Shown here in pieces: positions 36,680 to 50,450 of a stretch of 64,000 nucleotides of DNA (positions are counted from its first letter, which is position 1; each line of letters starts with the position of its first letter). The DNA comes from Octopus bimaculoides (lineage: Eukaryota). A program made the translations under genes and the position numbers. The DNA lies in the NCBI RefSeq assembly GCF_001194135.2, contig NC_068990.1, positions 63,091,011 through 63,155,010 of the forward strand, written 5' to 3'. The notes under the pieces were generated by a model. It did no database searches and had not been told where the DNA came from. It saw only the letters and a list, made by a program, of their open reading frames with translations.

Positions 36680-39600
36680 ATAAACTGAGGCAATGTTGTC
36701 TGATGCGCAACATATCTGGAAATCAACCGAAGAGAGTAATGAACATCGGTACACCATGATTCGTGAAAAAAAAAAAAAATTGTTGGCCTCAATAAGTTTA
36801 GTTGTCGTGAGGAATGAAAAAGTTGACGTTTAAGAGGTCTGCAGTGGCCTGCTTGAGCATAATGCTGAAGAAGATGTTGAAGAGAGTTGATGCTAGGACA
36901 CATCCCTGCTTCACGCCGTTGTTTATGGGGAATGGCTCTAATATGTCGCTTTTCAGGTGGACTTGTCCTTACTGGTCTTCACAGCTGGATGATCATGGTT
37001 AAGAATTTTAAGGGACAGCCAAGTCGGTTTAGGATCTGCCACAGACCTTTCCTGTTCACAGTGTCGAACGCTTTCGCCAGATTGACAGATATTATATAAA
37101 GTGGTTTGTTTTGTTCCCGGCACTTTACCTGGAGCTGCCTGAGAATGAAAACCGTATCTGTTGTGCTCCTGTTGGCTCTGAAGCCACATTGACTTTCTGG
37201 AAGATGATTTTTGGCAATGGACGGAACAAGTCTGTTGAGGAGTAGCGTTGCTAGAACTTTTCCTGCTGTGGAAAGCAGGGTGATCCCCTGGTAGTTTGAG
37301 CAGTCTGACTTTCCCCCTTTGTTTTTGTATAGTGTAATGATGACAGTATTGCGGAGGTCTTGTGGCAGCTTGCCCTGTTCCCAGTATGCAACGAGGATCT
37401 CATGGAGTTTAGCATGTATGACAGGACCCCCACACCATGCTTTTATGTCTCTGATGGTATGCCATCGACTCTTGCTGCCTTTCTGCCCTTCAGCCAGCCT
37501 ATGGCAAATGTGGTCTCTTCCTGGATTGGAGGCTCATCTAATTCCCCTCTGATTGGTTTCTGTTGGATGTGGAGGATTGCATTTTCATGGACAGCTCACT
37601 TTACAATGAAGAGGGCCTGAAAGTATTCAGACCAGCGGTTGAAGATGGATGCTGTATCTGTGAGAAGCGCCTGGCCATCTGAGCTGTACAGGTGATTCCA
37701 GACTTGATGTGCTGGGCCGTATACTGCTTTGAGAACTTCCCTGTAGTCGCCAGAGTCAGCGAACAGCTAGGATCTCCATGCAAGGTTGGTCTACCGCTCA
37801 TTCTGAACTTCACGGAGTTTGTGCTGCAGAAAGCTGCAGGCTTGGTGACAGGCCGCTTTTTTCTCTAAGCAGGTTGGTTGTGCCAAGTGTGCTTGGTTGA
37901 CAGATCTCTTCTTCTTTAATAATTCCTGGATCAGCACATCGTTTTCATCAAACCAATCCTCGTTTTTTTTTTCTTCGTAAACACAAGGTTTTCTGCAGAG
38001 GTCTGTAGGGTGGCGGTTTTCAATTTTCCCCACACGATTTCTGGAGAGGGATTTGAGGTGCGATTGGATTTATCAAGCTTTGCTTGTAGTCCTGCCTGGA
38101 AGTTTATTTCTACTTTGTTTATCTGCAGATGGATAGTTTTTATTTTCTTGTTGTTGGCCGGTCCTGTCTTTTTTGTTGGTTTGGGCTTGAAGTAGTGTTT
38201 GAGTTTGCAACGGACCAGGCATTGGTCAGTATGGCATTCTGTGCTAGGCATCACTCTGGTGTGCATGACGTCAGACTGGTTTCGCTGGCGCACTATGACG
38301 TAGTTAAGAAGATTCCAGTGTTTTGATCGGGGATGCATCCAGGTTGTCTCTTTGCTGCAAAATGGTATTAGTGATGACGAGCTGATTTTCGGTGCGGAAT
38401 TCAAGCAAGAGTCACCCATTGTCATTGCATTTCCCAACCCCATGCTTTCTGAGGACTCCTTTCCAAGTTTCTGAATCTCGGCCCAATCTGGCATTGAAAT
38501 CTTCTAATATTATGACTTTATCACCGACGGGACTTATCCGGAGGAGTCTGCACAGGTCTGAGTAGAAGTTTCCCTTGTCTGCTGGGTCTGCTTAGAGGAT
38601 CGGAGAATAAACACTGAAGATCTTGACATGCCGCTTGTTTTGCAGAGGGAGGCGCATGAAGATGATGCGATCAGAATGACCTGCCGGTAGGGTTTCCAGC
38701 TTTGAGGCAATGGAGTTTTTTAATATGAAACCGACACCTGAACGGCGTTTTTCTGATGGGGGTTTGCCTGAACAACATGGGGTGTATCCGGCTCCATGTC
38801 CTTTCAAGCTGCCTTCCTCTGGAGGCCGGACTTCATTAAGGGCTGCGATATCAATTTCTAGCCTGGACGGTTCATGTGCAATGAGCGCGGATCGGCGTCC
38901 TGCCGTTTGAGTCAAGAATGGTTATGACGTTCCAACATGCAATCTTCAGACATTTGGTAACATTTTGAAGGGTACTTGGAGTCTTTTCTTTTGTATTTGT
39001 GCGTATTAGACTGCTTGAAGAAGATGCCCGGTGGCCGCGGTTTTCCTACTGAGTGTGTAGAAGAGGAGATCCTTTAGGCTACCTTTTCTAGGCTCCTCTC
39101 AATGTAGAACAAGCAGTACTCTCCCTGGATAAGGCTGCTTGGTCGTTCGGGATGCTGCCAAGTGATATTGTCGTCACTGAGTCAACACCAGGCGAACAAT
39201 GCTCCGAACTGCCTGCATGTAGGCTGGGAGCTGTGGCTTCCAGTGACATCTTCCACTTACTGCTTTCGCCTCTTTCCCATCGTTACAGGGCTTAGAGAGT
39301 TATATGATCGTGGTCGGAGATGTGGACAGATCTTTCGGCCTGTGCGATCGAGGTTTAAGGTGAAGTGCAGTCTGCGCAGAACTGACCTCACACTTTACAC
39401 TCGGAGTTCATTTGCCATGGCCCAGCAACCTGGGATAATGACGGAGAGGTCCTCGGGACGTAGGTTTTATATCGGAGTGTCCTTCTCCTAGACAGGCTGT
39501 CGATCATGGCTAACGAGCCCCATCCGCTCGGAGCAGCCTGATTATACTGTGCCAGGCACCCACAGCCGTTCTCTCCTGTTTGTTTAGATCCAGGTGGTAC

Positions 39601-39710
39601 CACGAGCAGGTTGAAGTAGGACTTGGGTTTTGCGTCACTCTTTGGAAGTTTTATCCCAGTATGGTGCTCACCCAACCAGCATCCGGGAACTATGTCGATC
39701 CCCATTGACC
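36680..39710 (-). mobile_element. RTE (BovB-like) LINE, 5'UTR plus endonuclease plus N-terminal RT, 3'-truncated and frameshifted
   Basis: RRSALIAHEPSRLEIDIAALNEVR…SGVGFILK…SDRIIFMRLPL…FSVYSP (APE EN), HPRSKHWNLLNYVIVRQR..DVMHTRVM..TECHTDQCLV, DWFDEND, and RGNRASC-like RT pieces. The 5'UTR carries the RTE-type CAGCCTGTCTAGGAGAAGGA motif. Confidence 0.9.
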
Positions 39711-39842
39711 ATACATACATACATACATACATACANNNNNNNNNNATTGGGATTTATAAATCTCGTATTCCCTATGTAGCACACGACACGAATTCCCAAG
39801 TATCTACAAGATAAAACTGCTATTTAATGCTGTCGGCCAGGA

Positions 39843-39965
39843 GGGTGGCGAGCTGGCATAATCGTTAGCACGCCGGGAATAATGCTTAGCTGCTTTTCGT
39901 CCGTCTTTGCATTTTAAGTTCAATTCCGCCGTAGTCAACTTTGCATTTCGTTCTTTCAGGGCGAT
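39843..39965 (+). mobile_element. SINE family A, 3'-truncated
   Basis: GGCGAGCTGGCATAATCGTTAGCACGCCGGG head. Confidence 0.75.
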
Positions 39966-41344
39966 AACATTAGTGCCAAAATGTGAAGCCAATGTTGTTA
40001 TTCTATGAATACATTGTCCTTTATGCCGATATGGAACTTCTTTGCATATATATATATGTATCTGTGTGTGTGTGTGTGTGTATGTATATGTACATGTGTT
40101 TGTATGCATACATACAGTATAAACTTACAAACAAAATATTCGCCTCCTCATAAATATCTAAAAATGAGTGAATAGATACTTCAGCGAAAACGTGGTTACA
40201 GAACTGTCTTTCTATATATTATTTGCAACGTGAAGAGAGAAGAAAGAATTCTCTTATGGTTGTGTTCTCCAAACTTGATTCCACAGATGGAATTGAGTTA
40301 CTTTTCAAGTAGTCTAGTGAGTCGAATTCACCTTATTTATCTTTAATGCAGTCGGCGATGACATTCTTTAAGATAATTGTCGTTGAGTTGAAAGACACAA
40401 AATAAGTGCAGTCTTCAATAAGCAAATCTTTTATGCGTTAATAGACAAAACACCACATACATACGCACACATATATGCACACACACACGCGCGCGTATAA
40501 TACTAAACCTGAAAACTGAGTCAAGATTTATAGAGATAAGAGGCAATTGACTAATAAAAAACAATGTTGTAATAAATAGATGAAAATAAAAACTATATCG
40601 CATTTGGTTTTGTTTTTTTTTAGTCGCTGCGTCTGGAGGAAGGCGTAATGCCTATGACATTTGGAAATGCAAGTCTTTGAGATGGAGGACAAGGTAAAGC
40701 AATATAAAGGAAATTCTAAAATCTTGTACATCAAAGAAAATTATATCTGAGAATAATAACTCGGTTGAATTTTAAAATGTATAAAATATATAACTCAAAC
40801 TGAAAAGCTCTCTTTTTCCTGAAAAACTGTATTTTGACGAAAGAAATTAGAATCAAAGATAATTTACTAATTACATAATTCTTGCTGAATTTTGAACATC
40901 CTAAAACTTTTTGCGATGCTATATTAGAAAAACGAAAACAAAAATATTATGATCGCTACTGCATAGAATTAGACATTTCCCCGTGTAATTTTTTCTTTAC
41001 TTGCCTGGATTCAGATAGAAATGTTGCCTCGTTCCAGTTAGCAACTTTGAGTTCAATATCGTTAGTTTGAATTAAATTTTAACAACCGTGGTTCTTTTCT
41101 TAAGGGGAATCATACCAGCTTTCACTGAGAACTATTAAGGAATTAGATTTTACACACAATATCTCGGTCTTGCTCAATTTGATGTGGTATTTGAAGTCAA
41201 TCAAATGAGCTGAAGCACTTAAAACTATAAAGGAATGAAGCAAAATATATTGATAGATTTTTATCAAGCATATAAAATGTTCCTGCTAGTACCCGGATTG
41301 CTGACTATTCTCCTTTATCGAATAATATCTATAGGTGTGTGAGA

Positions 41345-41545
41345 AGGCAGCGAGATAGTATGTTACCACGCCGGGCGAAATGCTTAGCGGCATTTAGTCC
41401 GTCCTTACGCTCTGAGCTCAAATTTCGTTGAGGTTGCTTTTCATCATTTCAGGGTCGATAACATAAGTGTCAGTAGAGCAGTAGCGTCGATGTAATTGTC
41501 TTACCCTCGCCTCCGATATTCCTGACCAAAATTTGAAACCAATAT
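41345..41545 (+). mobile_element. SINE family A, degenerate
   Basis: CACGCCGGGCGAAATGCTTAGCGGCATT…GGGTCGATAAC…AAATTTGAAACC. Confidence 0.7.
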
Positions 41546-42255
41546 ATACATAAGTGTGAGAATGTATTTTCTTAAAATTAACTTTACTCTCCATAATGTT
41601 TCAATAATATTTCCTTTGTATTTAGTACCTCATACTTAATAAATGTTTAATTCGCGGTACAGATATTATAATCTTTATAAACATAACTGTGAATTAGCTG
41701 GGTACTACATCCTTGATGAAGAAATAGTATCCTGGGATTTAAAATTGCAATATGTTCTGCCTGAACACAACAGAAGAATTTCTGGAAGGCAAAATTCTCA
41801 CATACGTCTTACCTTTAGAGTCATTACTATGTTCTTGCAATTAAATTGATCAAGAAACAAATGTCAATTCTTTAAGACGCAGCCACATAGATTCGTGTTA
41901 CCTGTTTAGCAATTAAAACATTTTATTGTTCGATTTTACTCTAAGGAAATTTATGATTCCTTATTTGCAAATATTTGATTAGTTTTCAAATTTTCAAAAT
42001 ATTGAATATATATTGATAGTGTATGAGAGTGTTAACATTTATTTTTCAGATATCAAAAAGTGTAAGCAATGTTACGCATCCTATTCATCATCTGAAAATA
42101 CAGAGGGTAACATAAAAGTAAGTAGTGGAGTTGTAAATTACGTCAAGCATAAAATACCTATAGATAGTAAAGAAGAAAGAAAAGACGAATATGATGTCTA
42201 ATTACGTAATTTTAAGGGAAATTCCCGTGAAATGCAAATTATTATTATTTACTGG

Positions 42256-42580
42256 CTCTCTGTTGGTTACGACGACGAGGGTTCCAGTTGATCCGATCAA
42301 TGGAACAGCTTGCTTGTGAAATTAACGTGCAAGTCGTTGAATACTCCACAGACACGTTTACCCTTAACGTAGTTTTCAGGGAGATTTAGCGTAATACAAT
42401 ACAGAGTGTGACAAGGCTGGCTTTTAAAATACAGGTACAACTCATTTTTGCCAACTGAGTGAAGTGGAGCAACGAGAAATAAAGTGTCTTGCTCAAGAAC
42501 ACAACGCGTCACCGGGAATTAAGCTCATGACCTTGCAATCGTAAGCAGAATACCCTAACCACTAAGACATGTGCCTTCAC
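42256..42580 (-). mobile_element. SINE family C
   Basis: Homologous to 32100-32416, with a tail ending GGAACCCTCGTCGTCGTAACC. Confidence 0.8.
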
Positions 42581-43249
42581 CAAAACACCATATAAGAATT
42601 GCAACATATAATAAATAGGGAAATATTTTGAAATCGGAAATAGTTCTAAAAAATGAAAACGTCCTTGAAAACAGAATGAGGAGGACAGAGTTAGTCTTAT
42701 TGTATTAAGAATGAAGAATGCATCTGAAGATTCTATCTTATGCATAAAAAATATCCTGGACGTCTGAAGTTATCCAAAGAATGCTTCCGTTGAAATTTTG
42801 TACCCCAAAAGTTCCAGCGAAATTTTGAGAAAATTATAATTATAATTACTTTCAAAAGAAACATGAATCAGTGATGTCAGCTGATGGAAGAAATTAACAA
42901 ACTTTGATGATTTTCGTTTTTGTAAAAACTTGTTACTTCATAAAACTCTCAATCGAATTTACGTCCCCTTAACGTGCTATCTACGTGCTTCGTCTTGTGT
43001 TGATTATGATCAACTTGGAAACCGAGTTTTTATTAAATGCATCACAGAAATAAGAACTGTTACATTTTAATTTTTCCGAATTCTGCAAATAACCCCTTTG
43101 TAAGCCAATCCCACACCACAAAACTTCAGAGACAGTGTGAGAAACAAAATAAACTCTTTAAAAATGTAAAAGTTCCAATCAAGTTTTGTACACTAGAACT
43201 AAAGAATTAAATTTGACTGTTTGAAAGCTACTCAAATTAACACTGAGTT

Positions 43250-44100
43250 TAAAGATGGCGCAAAAATCAGTTTTATACCACAGTGAAACAAAGTATTAAA
43301 GTATTAAATAACAGTCAATTACTTGCATTATATCTATGTTCATAAAAATAACAGATACAAAAGAATTTTTATTCTGCGATCAACCCATATGAAAGAAGAG
43401 GACATGGTCAAGCTAATGCAGCTGATCTTTAATCGACATAAGTTGTCAAGGGATTCCATTTGGGTGTATTTGTATGCATAGAGCTCCAGACATAATTGGC
43501 AGCAAATCTAGTTTTGTTGTTCTGGTCCAGGAGGAAATTCCTTATATGTTGCCAAAATACTGTTTCTTACATTTCAATGGTTTGTCAACCAAAACAGTGG
43601 CCAAAAATTTTAAGACGTTATAGGAAAAATTGTTAAAACTTCAGTAGTTATTTCAAAAATTCTGGAAAGAGATTTGAGCAGAGAGTTGTGTGTTAATGTA
43701 TCAAACTGTGGTATGAAGTCTCAGTCGTTGCCGTATTGTTCCACGTGCATTAAAATTTTGGAATGAAATACTTGACTTCTATGAAACATCAGCAAATTTG
43801 AGGATGAACATTTTATTGTTAAACCAGGTTATTTGGCTGACATTTTGCTTTATTCCAAGGACCCGAATATATCGTTTCAGGAAAACTATGTGGACTTTTA
43901 TTCAGGTCACAAGAAACCCTGAAGCATTTATGTGGAAAATATAAGCTTAGAGTTGTCATGCTGAAAAACTAAATAAAGGAAATTCACCAATTCTTGACAA
44001 TATCCTTTGTGAGGGTGTTAAAGTATTGCTTGTAAAAATACTTTAAGAAGGCAAGAACAATTTGGAAACACTTAAATATTAGTTGTGAGTACTACTTCTC
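43250..44100 (+). mobile_element. hAT-Charlie/Buster transposase remnant
   Basis: KEFLFC, GCICMHRAPDIIGSKSSF (VCTDGAPAMLGSKSGF-like), YCFLH and GYLADIF motifs in order, disrupted. Confidence 0.7.
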
Positions 44101-44740
44101 AAATTTTGGAAATTTAATAACACAGAATTTATTTAGATCCAGAGGATTTTAACTTTGCAAATATATTTTTCTCTCCCTTTCTCCCCCTCTGCCTCTCTCT
44201 TCCTCCCCCTCTCTCTCTTTTACTGAAGAACGGTCTATGATGCTTTTTAAACTATAAACTATTTTCTCATGAAAAGAAATGTCTAACTTCCAGGAAATGT
44301 TGAACTTAGCTTAATTTACCTACATTGTGTTACACCGTGGTGAAACAACGCTACACATGGTTACCAACGAATAGAGCCTTTAATAACTTCATAATGTGAT
44401 TAAAATAAAATTATTTGATGTGTATACGCAGTACAATTTTATTCCTTGACGTGAATTTCAGACTTTCAAATTTACCTCTATTTAATCCAGAAGGGATTGC
44501 CTCCTTTACAATGGCTTACCGCCAAGGGGCATACGACGCGTTAGATTTCCAGCTTGATCCAGTAAACAAACATAAATTTAGCAAACCGCTAACCAAACTC
44601 TTTCAGAGGCCACTTCGTATAATCAGTCACCAATTCGCAAAGCAAGCGAAATACATGTCATTCGACTTCTATAGTAGCATCTTTACTTTCTCTCTTTCTG
44701 TCTCTGTCTCTGTCTGTTTGTCTGTCTGTCTCTCTCTCTG

Positions 44741-44820
<80 letters not shown>

Positions 44821-44928
44821 ACAGTATTCGTAGACATTAGATACACACAAACACATATACAGAGAAATATATATTCGTACGTGTATATCTATATCAGTAT
44901 TTCTCACTCTCTTACTCCTTCACGTATG

Positions 44929-44978
<50 letters not shown>

Positions 44979-45725
44979 ATTTATATGTTGCATACTTATC
45001 AATTTATTGAAATTTACACATAAACTTTATTTTTATGAATAGTTGTTTAGGATTAAAGTCAAGTAAATATTCAATAAAGACGGGCTATGTCATTTTAAAT
45101 ACGGAAATTGTTTTTAAATGTTCGCCAGAATATCGAAAAGCTCATATTAAGAAGATTAACATAAGATTACTGCGTGATTTTACTATTTAGTCACAATACA
45201 GAGATAACATACAACGAAGATGCGAATAGCACCAAATAAAAACAAATATTATGAGTTGGCAACAAGCTTAGAAGTTAAGAATTATGAAGAACTGGTGAAT
45301 TCTTTTGTAGTTAAAATGACATGTTTCTTGTGAAGAAAACTGGAAATATCAAGATTTAAAAATGTAAAAAACTAAAAGGTAATAATAAATTTTACGAGTT
45401 CAAGCTGGATATCAAATACGTAAGTTTTACTATTCTTATATTTGCAGATCTCATTTATAAACAATATATACACCAAGTGCCATTCAGAGAGGAAAAGAGA
45501 GAGAGAGGGGGGGAGATAGAAAGAGAAAGGGAAAAGAGAAAGAGAATGAGAAGGGAAATGAGAAAGAGAGAGAAAGAGCAAAGAGATAATGGAATTGTAT
45601 TAATGTATATAAATGTATGTATGTATATGTGCGTGTATGTGTGTGCGTGTGTGCACGTGTGCATGTATGTGTAGTAGTAGTAGTAGTAGTAGTAATAATA
45701 ATAATAACGATGATAGTAATATATG

Positions 45726-45847
<122 letters not shown>

Positions 45848-46380
45848 AATACATATAAATATATATATGTATACATATACATAGACACTCACACACACAC
45901 ATACATGCACACATACACGCATGCACCCCCTACACACAAAAACACACTCCGCCCCTATATGCACAAGCACCACACATGCGCTCATACACAGGTACACAAG
46001 TACAAAGACATATACTAACATATTACTTCATCAACTTACACCGAAGCCGGATTTTCTATTCTCACAATTACTCTCGTATTTTAACGTTTGCCTTTTGTTA
46101 AAAATGTACATAGCAACGGTAACCCTATCTATGTGAATATTTGCATAATAAAAGTAAGTACGGCTTAATGATATTGAAGGATAGTTAACGCGAGAGAATG
46201 CTTAAATTACTAAAGCAGTTTTTGAGGGAACGTTACTTTAAAATCAAATTAAATTCAAATACTATTTTTGTTCATTCAAATCTCAGTCAAATTATTGTCT
46301 TTTGTTCTTTTATTTTTTATTTGAGTCATAAAATTTACATAATGGAAATTCTAAATTATTTCTTTCATTGTCTTTCTCTC

Positions 46381-46600
46381 AGTCATTAGACTGCGACTAT
46401 TCTGTGGTACCGCCTTGAAGATATTTTAGAGAAACGAATCGTTCCCAGTCCCATATTTTTTTTTAAGCCTGGTTATAATATCATCGGTCTCTTTTGCTGA
46501 ATGGCTGTTACGGAGACGTAAACAAACAAATTCTGGTCGTCAAAGTGGTGGTGTGGGACAAACACAAACAAAAACACACACACACACAACCACAAAGCCA
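46381..46600 (-). mobile_element. SINE family B 3' half
   Basis: AGTCATTAGACTGCG…CCGCCTTGAAG…ATCGGTCTCTTTTGCTGAA…GGAGACGTAAAC. Confidence 0.65.
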
Positions 46601-47069
46601 CGACTGCGCTTGTGTATAAATATAGGTGTTTAGTTAAATGGATTCGCCTGGCATTGAGATCCCTATTCTCATGCTGGTGTACTCGCGTAAGTCCAGATAA
46701 TTGTTTGGCTAATACATACTTCTTCACAATTCCTTCACTTGATACAAAACATCAGCTTTTTTGTTTTTTTTATTTTATAATTCTTATTTGCATTCGTAAA
46801 TATTAATCTTCCGGTTATTTTGTTTACATAATGGCCAGTATCCATAAATTGATGTGTATCACAACGTCTGACAGCGAGCTTGGATTTTATCGCTGTTGCT
46901 TAATCAAATTTTGCATTTGTCAATAATTGTTTGAAGCCTTTCGTTTGTCGTATATTTTAATCAAGCGTTCGATTTGTAACTTAATACTTTAATTTATTGC
47001 TGTGTCTGTGTGTGTGTGAACGTGCGCGCGTGTGTGCATGTGTGCATGTGTGTGTGCGTGTGTGTGAGA

Positions 47070-47095
<26 letters not shown>

Positions 47096-47103
<8 letters not shown>

Positions 47104-47200
47104 AAGCGATGGGAGAGAGAGAGAGAGAGAAAGCAATGGGTGAGAGAGAGAAAGCAATGGGTGAGAGAGAGAAAGCAATGGGTGAGAGAGAGAGAGTGAG
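47096..47200. repeat. 21-bp minisatellite (AAAGCAATGGGTGAGAGAGAG) x3 plus one variant unit, inside a (GA)n tract
   Basis: Direct reading. Confidence 0.9.
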
Positions 47201-47269
47201 AGAGATAAATATTTCTGTAACCCATGTAAGTGCAGCCAAGTTAAATAACTGGTTTTCTTGTGTGACATA

Positions 47270-47740
47270 GATTCTAAGAGAAGAACGATGGTATTTTCTG
47301 CCAAGAGAAGGAGCAAAGGTGCGATAAGGTCGGTGAAACTTGTCAGCCTAAGATTAAAGTCTCCCCAAGAGAGAGAAATGTTTCGTTCCCAAGTTCTACC
47401 ATTGAACATATATATCCATACATTGGACAGCGTTTCAGATCAAGCCCTACGGAAAACTTGGATTCGGAGCTCTTGAGGCAGTCTGATGTTGTCGCCAACT
47501 TCATCCTGGAAAATGCTGCGCCGAAAATGATGTCACGTTCTGGACAACCTCACTGGCGTCGAAAGGAGAAAGTTTCGGCTCGGCCGACTTCCATGTAGCC
47601 CAGTGAAATAGATCTGGGTAAAACATTTCAGCATCACCTCACCATCTTTGCAAACTGCCCAGATCGACATTTCTGTGCGTGTGCATCTATGACATCAACA
47701 GACGGTGCTTTACCGATCCAGATTGAATAGACTTTCCAGA
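47270..47740 (-). mobile_element. GC-richer decayed retroelement remnant, possibly Tx1/L1
   Basis: Composition island with GRTWERNISLSWG (W..RxLSLxG-like) and no intact ORF. Confidence 0.3.
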
Positions 47741-47793
47741 TCAGATCCATTGTCTTACGATACAAATAAAATTAAAATAAAATCACATGTGTG

Positions 47794-47849
<56 letters not shown>

Positions 47850-48338
47850 TGCGTGCATACATACATGTTTGCATGCATGCATGTATAATAAATAGCACAA
47901 TTAAGAAATGCTCGCAGCTATCGTTGCACCTGCGGTTGTATTGGTCGTTTTTGCAGAAAAAAATTGAAATTTTCTTGTAAATCCTTTACTACTTTACTCC
48001 TCCTCCACCTCATCTTCTCTCTATCTCTCTTTTTCTCTCTCTCTATCAACCTATCTATCTATCTCTCCTACTACGCTACTAGTCAACTATTTCCTCCATG
48101 TTAAATGCATTCATCATTATAGTTTTTTCTCATTTTTCGTTTCCCAAAATATTTTTCTGCTCTCAGTCCTTCCAAAATAAAATCCTATTGTCTAACAAAT
48201 ACAGGCTTAGATGTTTCGTATTGGAAAACTTCAGCCAGATCAAAATGATGAACGATATGAACATGAGGTGTTCATGTGGAGGGATGTGGAGCCGATAGAC
48301 ATTGATTGTAATTAATAAGGGAGAAAAATTGCTTAAAT

Positions 48339-48657
48339 CAGAAGTTCTCAACCAACTTTTAGTTATAGAGCACTTCGATGTTAAAAAATTAGTTTTATAG
48401 AAACTTCTTTCGAAATTTCTATTTTTGTTATTCACACATTAACTTGTGTCGGTTCAACAATGTAAAATATTAGAGGAAAGAAAAAAAAACTACTTGTTTC
48501 TTGCAATATATAGCAATATCTATATCTAAAGCAAAATTTGTTGAGGAGCCCTTAAAATACTATTGCAGATTTCCAATTTACCATCTTGTTGCGTGCCCAC
48601 TCCCCAAATCTAATATGGACTCATAGGAGCCACATAGACCCCGGTTGAGGACCACTG
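48339..48657. mobile_element. hAT-Charlie-type MITE with 8-bp TSD
   Basis: Termini CAGAAGTTCTCAACC / GGTTGAGGACCACTG. Flanks GCTTAAAT and GGTTAAAT match at 7/8. Confidence 0.8.
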
Positions 48658-49631
48658 GGTTAAATTATGGGCCTCAAGAGAAACAATAAGCAATTTATTA
48701 TAATCGGGCCTATCCTAGTTCTCATTGCCATTCCAATGAAGGACCCATAAACGTCCTTGAAAAAGAAAAAGCGAATGCGTATAAAAACGAGTTTGAAAAT
48801 CGGAGAATACCTGGGATGCTGGGTATGAATTAATTGCACCACTGCAAGAAGAAATTGAGGGCAATGAATTGTAGTTGTAAAGGGAACAATGTAGAGGAAC
48901 TTGATATCAATGATAAAAAGTAGCTGGGAGGAAATAGGGAATAGAAAAAGAAATGAAGAAGTAGAAAGAGTATTTAGGGAGCCATACTACTAAGATTGAG
49001 AAGAGCTGGCTAATATATTTTGAGATAAATTCAGTAGTACAATTGCAGGCAGAATCAATGGCGTATTAGTGTGATTCACTGCTTTTCCTAACTTCAAATT
49101 TTACAAAAATTGCTCTTTAAATATCATATCTCCGTTATTCATAAAATTCCTTCTCATCATATACTTGCTGATATAATTAATAACATTTACCAAGGTAAGA
49201 TCTCATGTCTTGTAATACAGAATACTTATTCCAGCTTGTATCATTTCTGTGAGTAGGCATGTTATATTGTATAAAGAAGTAACGTATGTATTATCAATCA
49301 TGTTCAAATAGTTTCGAATAAGAAGAAACAAGACTATAAGCCACATTTGTATTTTGTAAAGATCCTACATGTTCTGTAACTATGGTTTCTGCATGCGTAG
49401 GTGGAATTTATAATTGCAAGAATAATAGCAAGTCAATAGAGAATCGGTTTAAATAACTTGCAGTTTTAGTTCTGACTCTCTATATTATGAGTTCAAATAG
49501 TGCTCTAATTGAATTTATCTTCATTTCTGTCGAGCTGATAGAATTAACAGTACTAGGCATGTAAGGTTTTTCGGTTAAATCAAACTATACATAATCGAAA
49601 TAAATCAATAGCAACAGATAGGTATAGCGCT

Positions 49632-49673
49632 TTATACACTGCTCCGTCTATGCTCAGGTTGTCTTCGTGGTTT
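49632..49673 (-). CDS. Possible terminal exon of the minus-strand gene (KPRRQPEHRRSSV*)
   Basis: Acceptor GTTGTTATTAG, phase 0 compatible with the 50265-50450 exon. An alternative acceptor 20 nt upstream gives a different C-terminus. Confidence 0.25.
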   Translation of the reverse strand, partial: KPRRQPEHRRSSV

Positions 49674-50264
49674 CTAATAACAACTAAGTAAGGCTGATAA
49701 CATAAAAATGGAATTAGAACACTGAACACATACTTAAATAGACAAAACAAACATAAGGTGTGATAAATCATATTTCATTATCACTAGGCTAAACATTAAT
49801 TACTTTCTCAGTACAGCTTATTTGTCAGCAATCCAGATGGGGATTGGCATTACTATATTGTTAATTTCCTTTTCGTTTTTGTTGCCATAGTTAATGTAGT
49901 TAGAGTAATTACTACTGGTGGCATCGATATTTATATTGATACAGCGAATTTCTTTGTAGTCTGTCTGTAGGATAGACTAGTACGCCCTCTAAAGCCGAAA
50001 GAAATGGAAATAAAGTTGATGAAGTATGCTTTGTCTTGTAGTTTAATGAAGGGGAGACTAACGCTTCAAGTATTTCCCTCTAATGTAATTGTTTATACTT
50101 GTTTATAAAGGAAAAATCTTTCTTTAGTTTCATCTTACTTTGAGCTGTATATATATAAATCTCACCTCGCCATCTCATCTATTAATAAAATAAAACCCTA
50201 CAAAGACAGAATCTTTATGATTGTTATTTACTAACGTTCCGAAGGACTGAAAGTGTAATCTTAC

Positions 50265-50450
50265 GCTATTTTCTATGCTCAACGTAGCTTGAGCATTGAA
50301 TGGGTTTACTGAATTGTTCAATGTTGAAGCCAGTCGCTGCTGCTCAGACGAAGGAAACAGACAAATTCTGTTGTCTATTCTACGTACATAGTGCTCTTGC
50401 AACTTGGCGGTTTCGCTTGAAGGAGAGTTCATGGTGAAAATTGCTGTATA
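50265..50450 (-). CDS. Internal coding exon of an unidentified gene (186 nt, phase 0/0)
   Basis: Acceptor TGTGTTCAG, donor GC|GTAAGA. The single open frame reads YTAIFTMNSPSSETAKLQEHYVRRIDNRICLFPSSEQQRLASTLNNSVNPFNAQATLSIENS. Confidence 0.6.

Noticed and set aside
40830-41260. Possible Helitron helicase C-terminal remnant
   Set aside because: Only a vague resemblance to HGQLYVA. No terminal hairpin or CTAG end identified.
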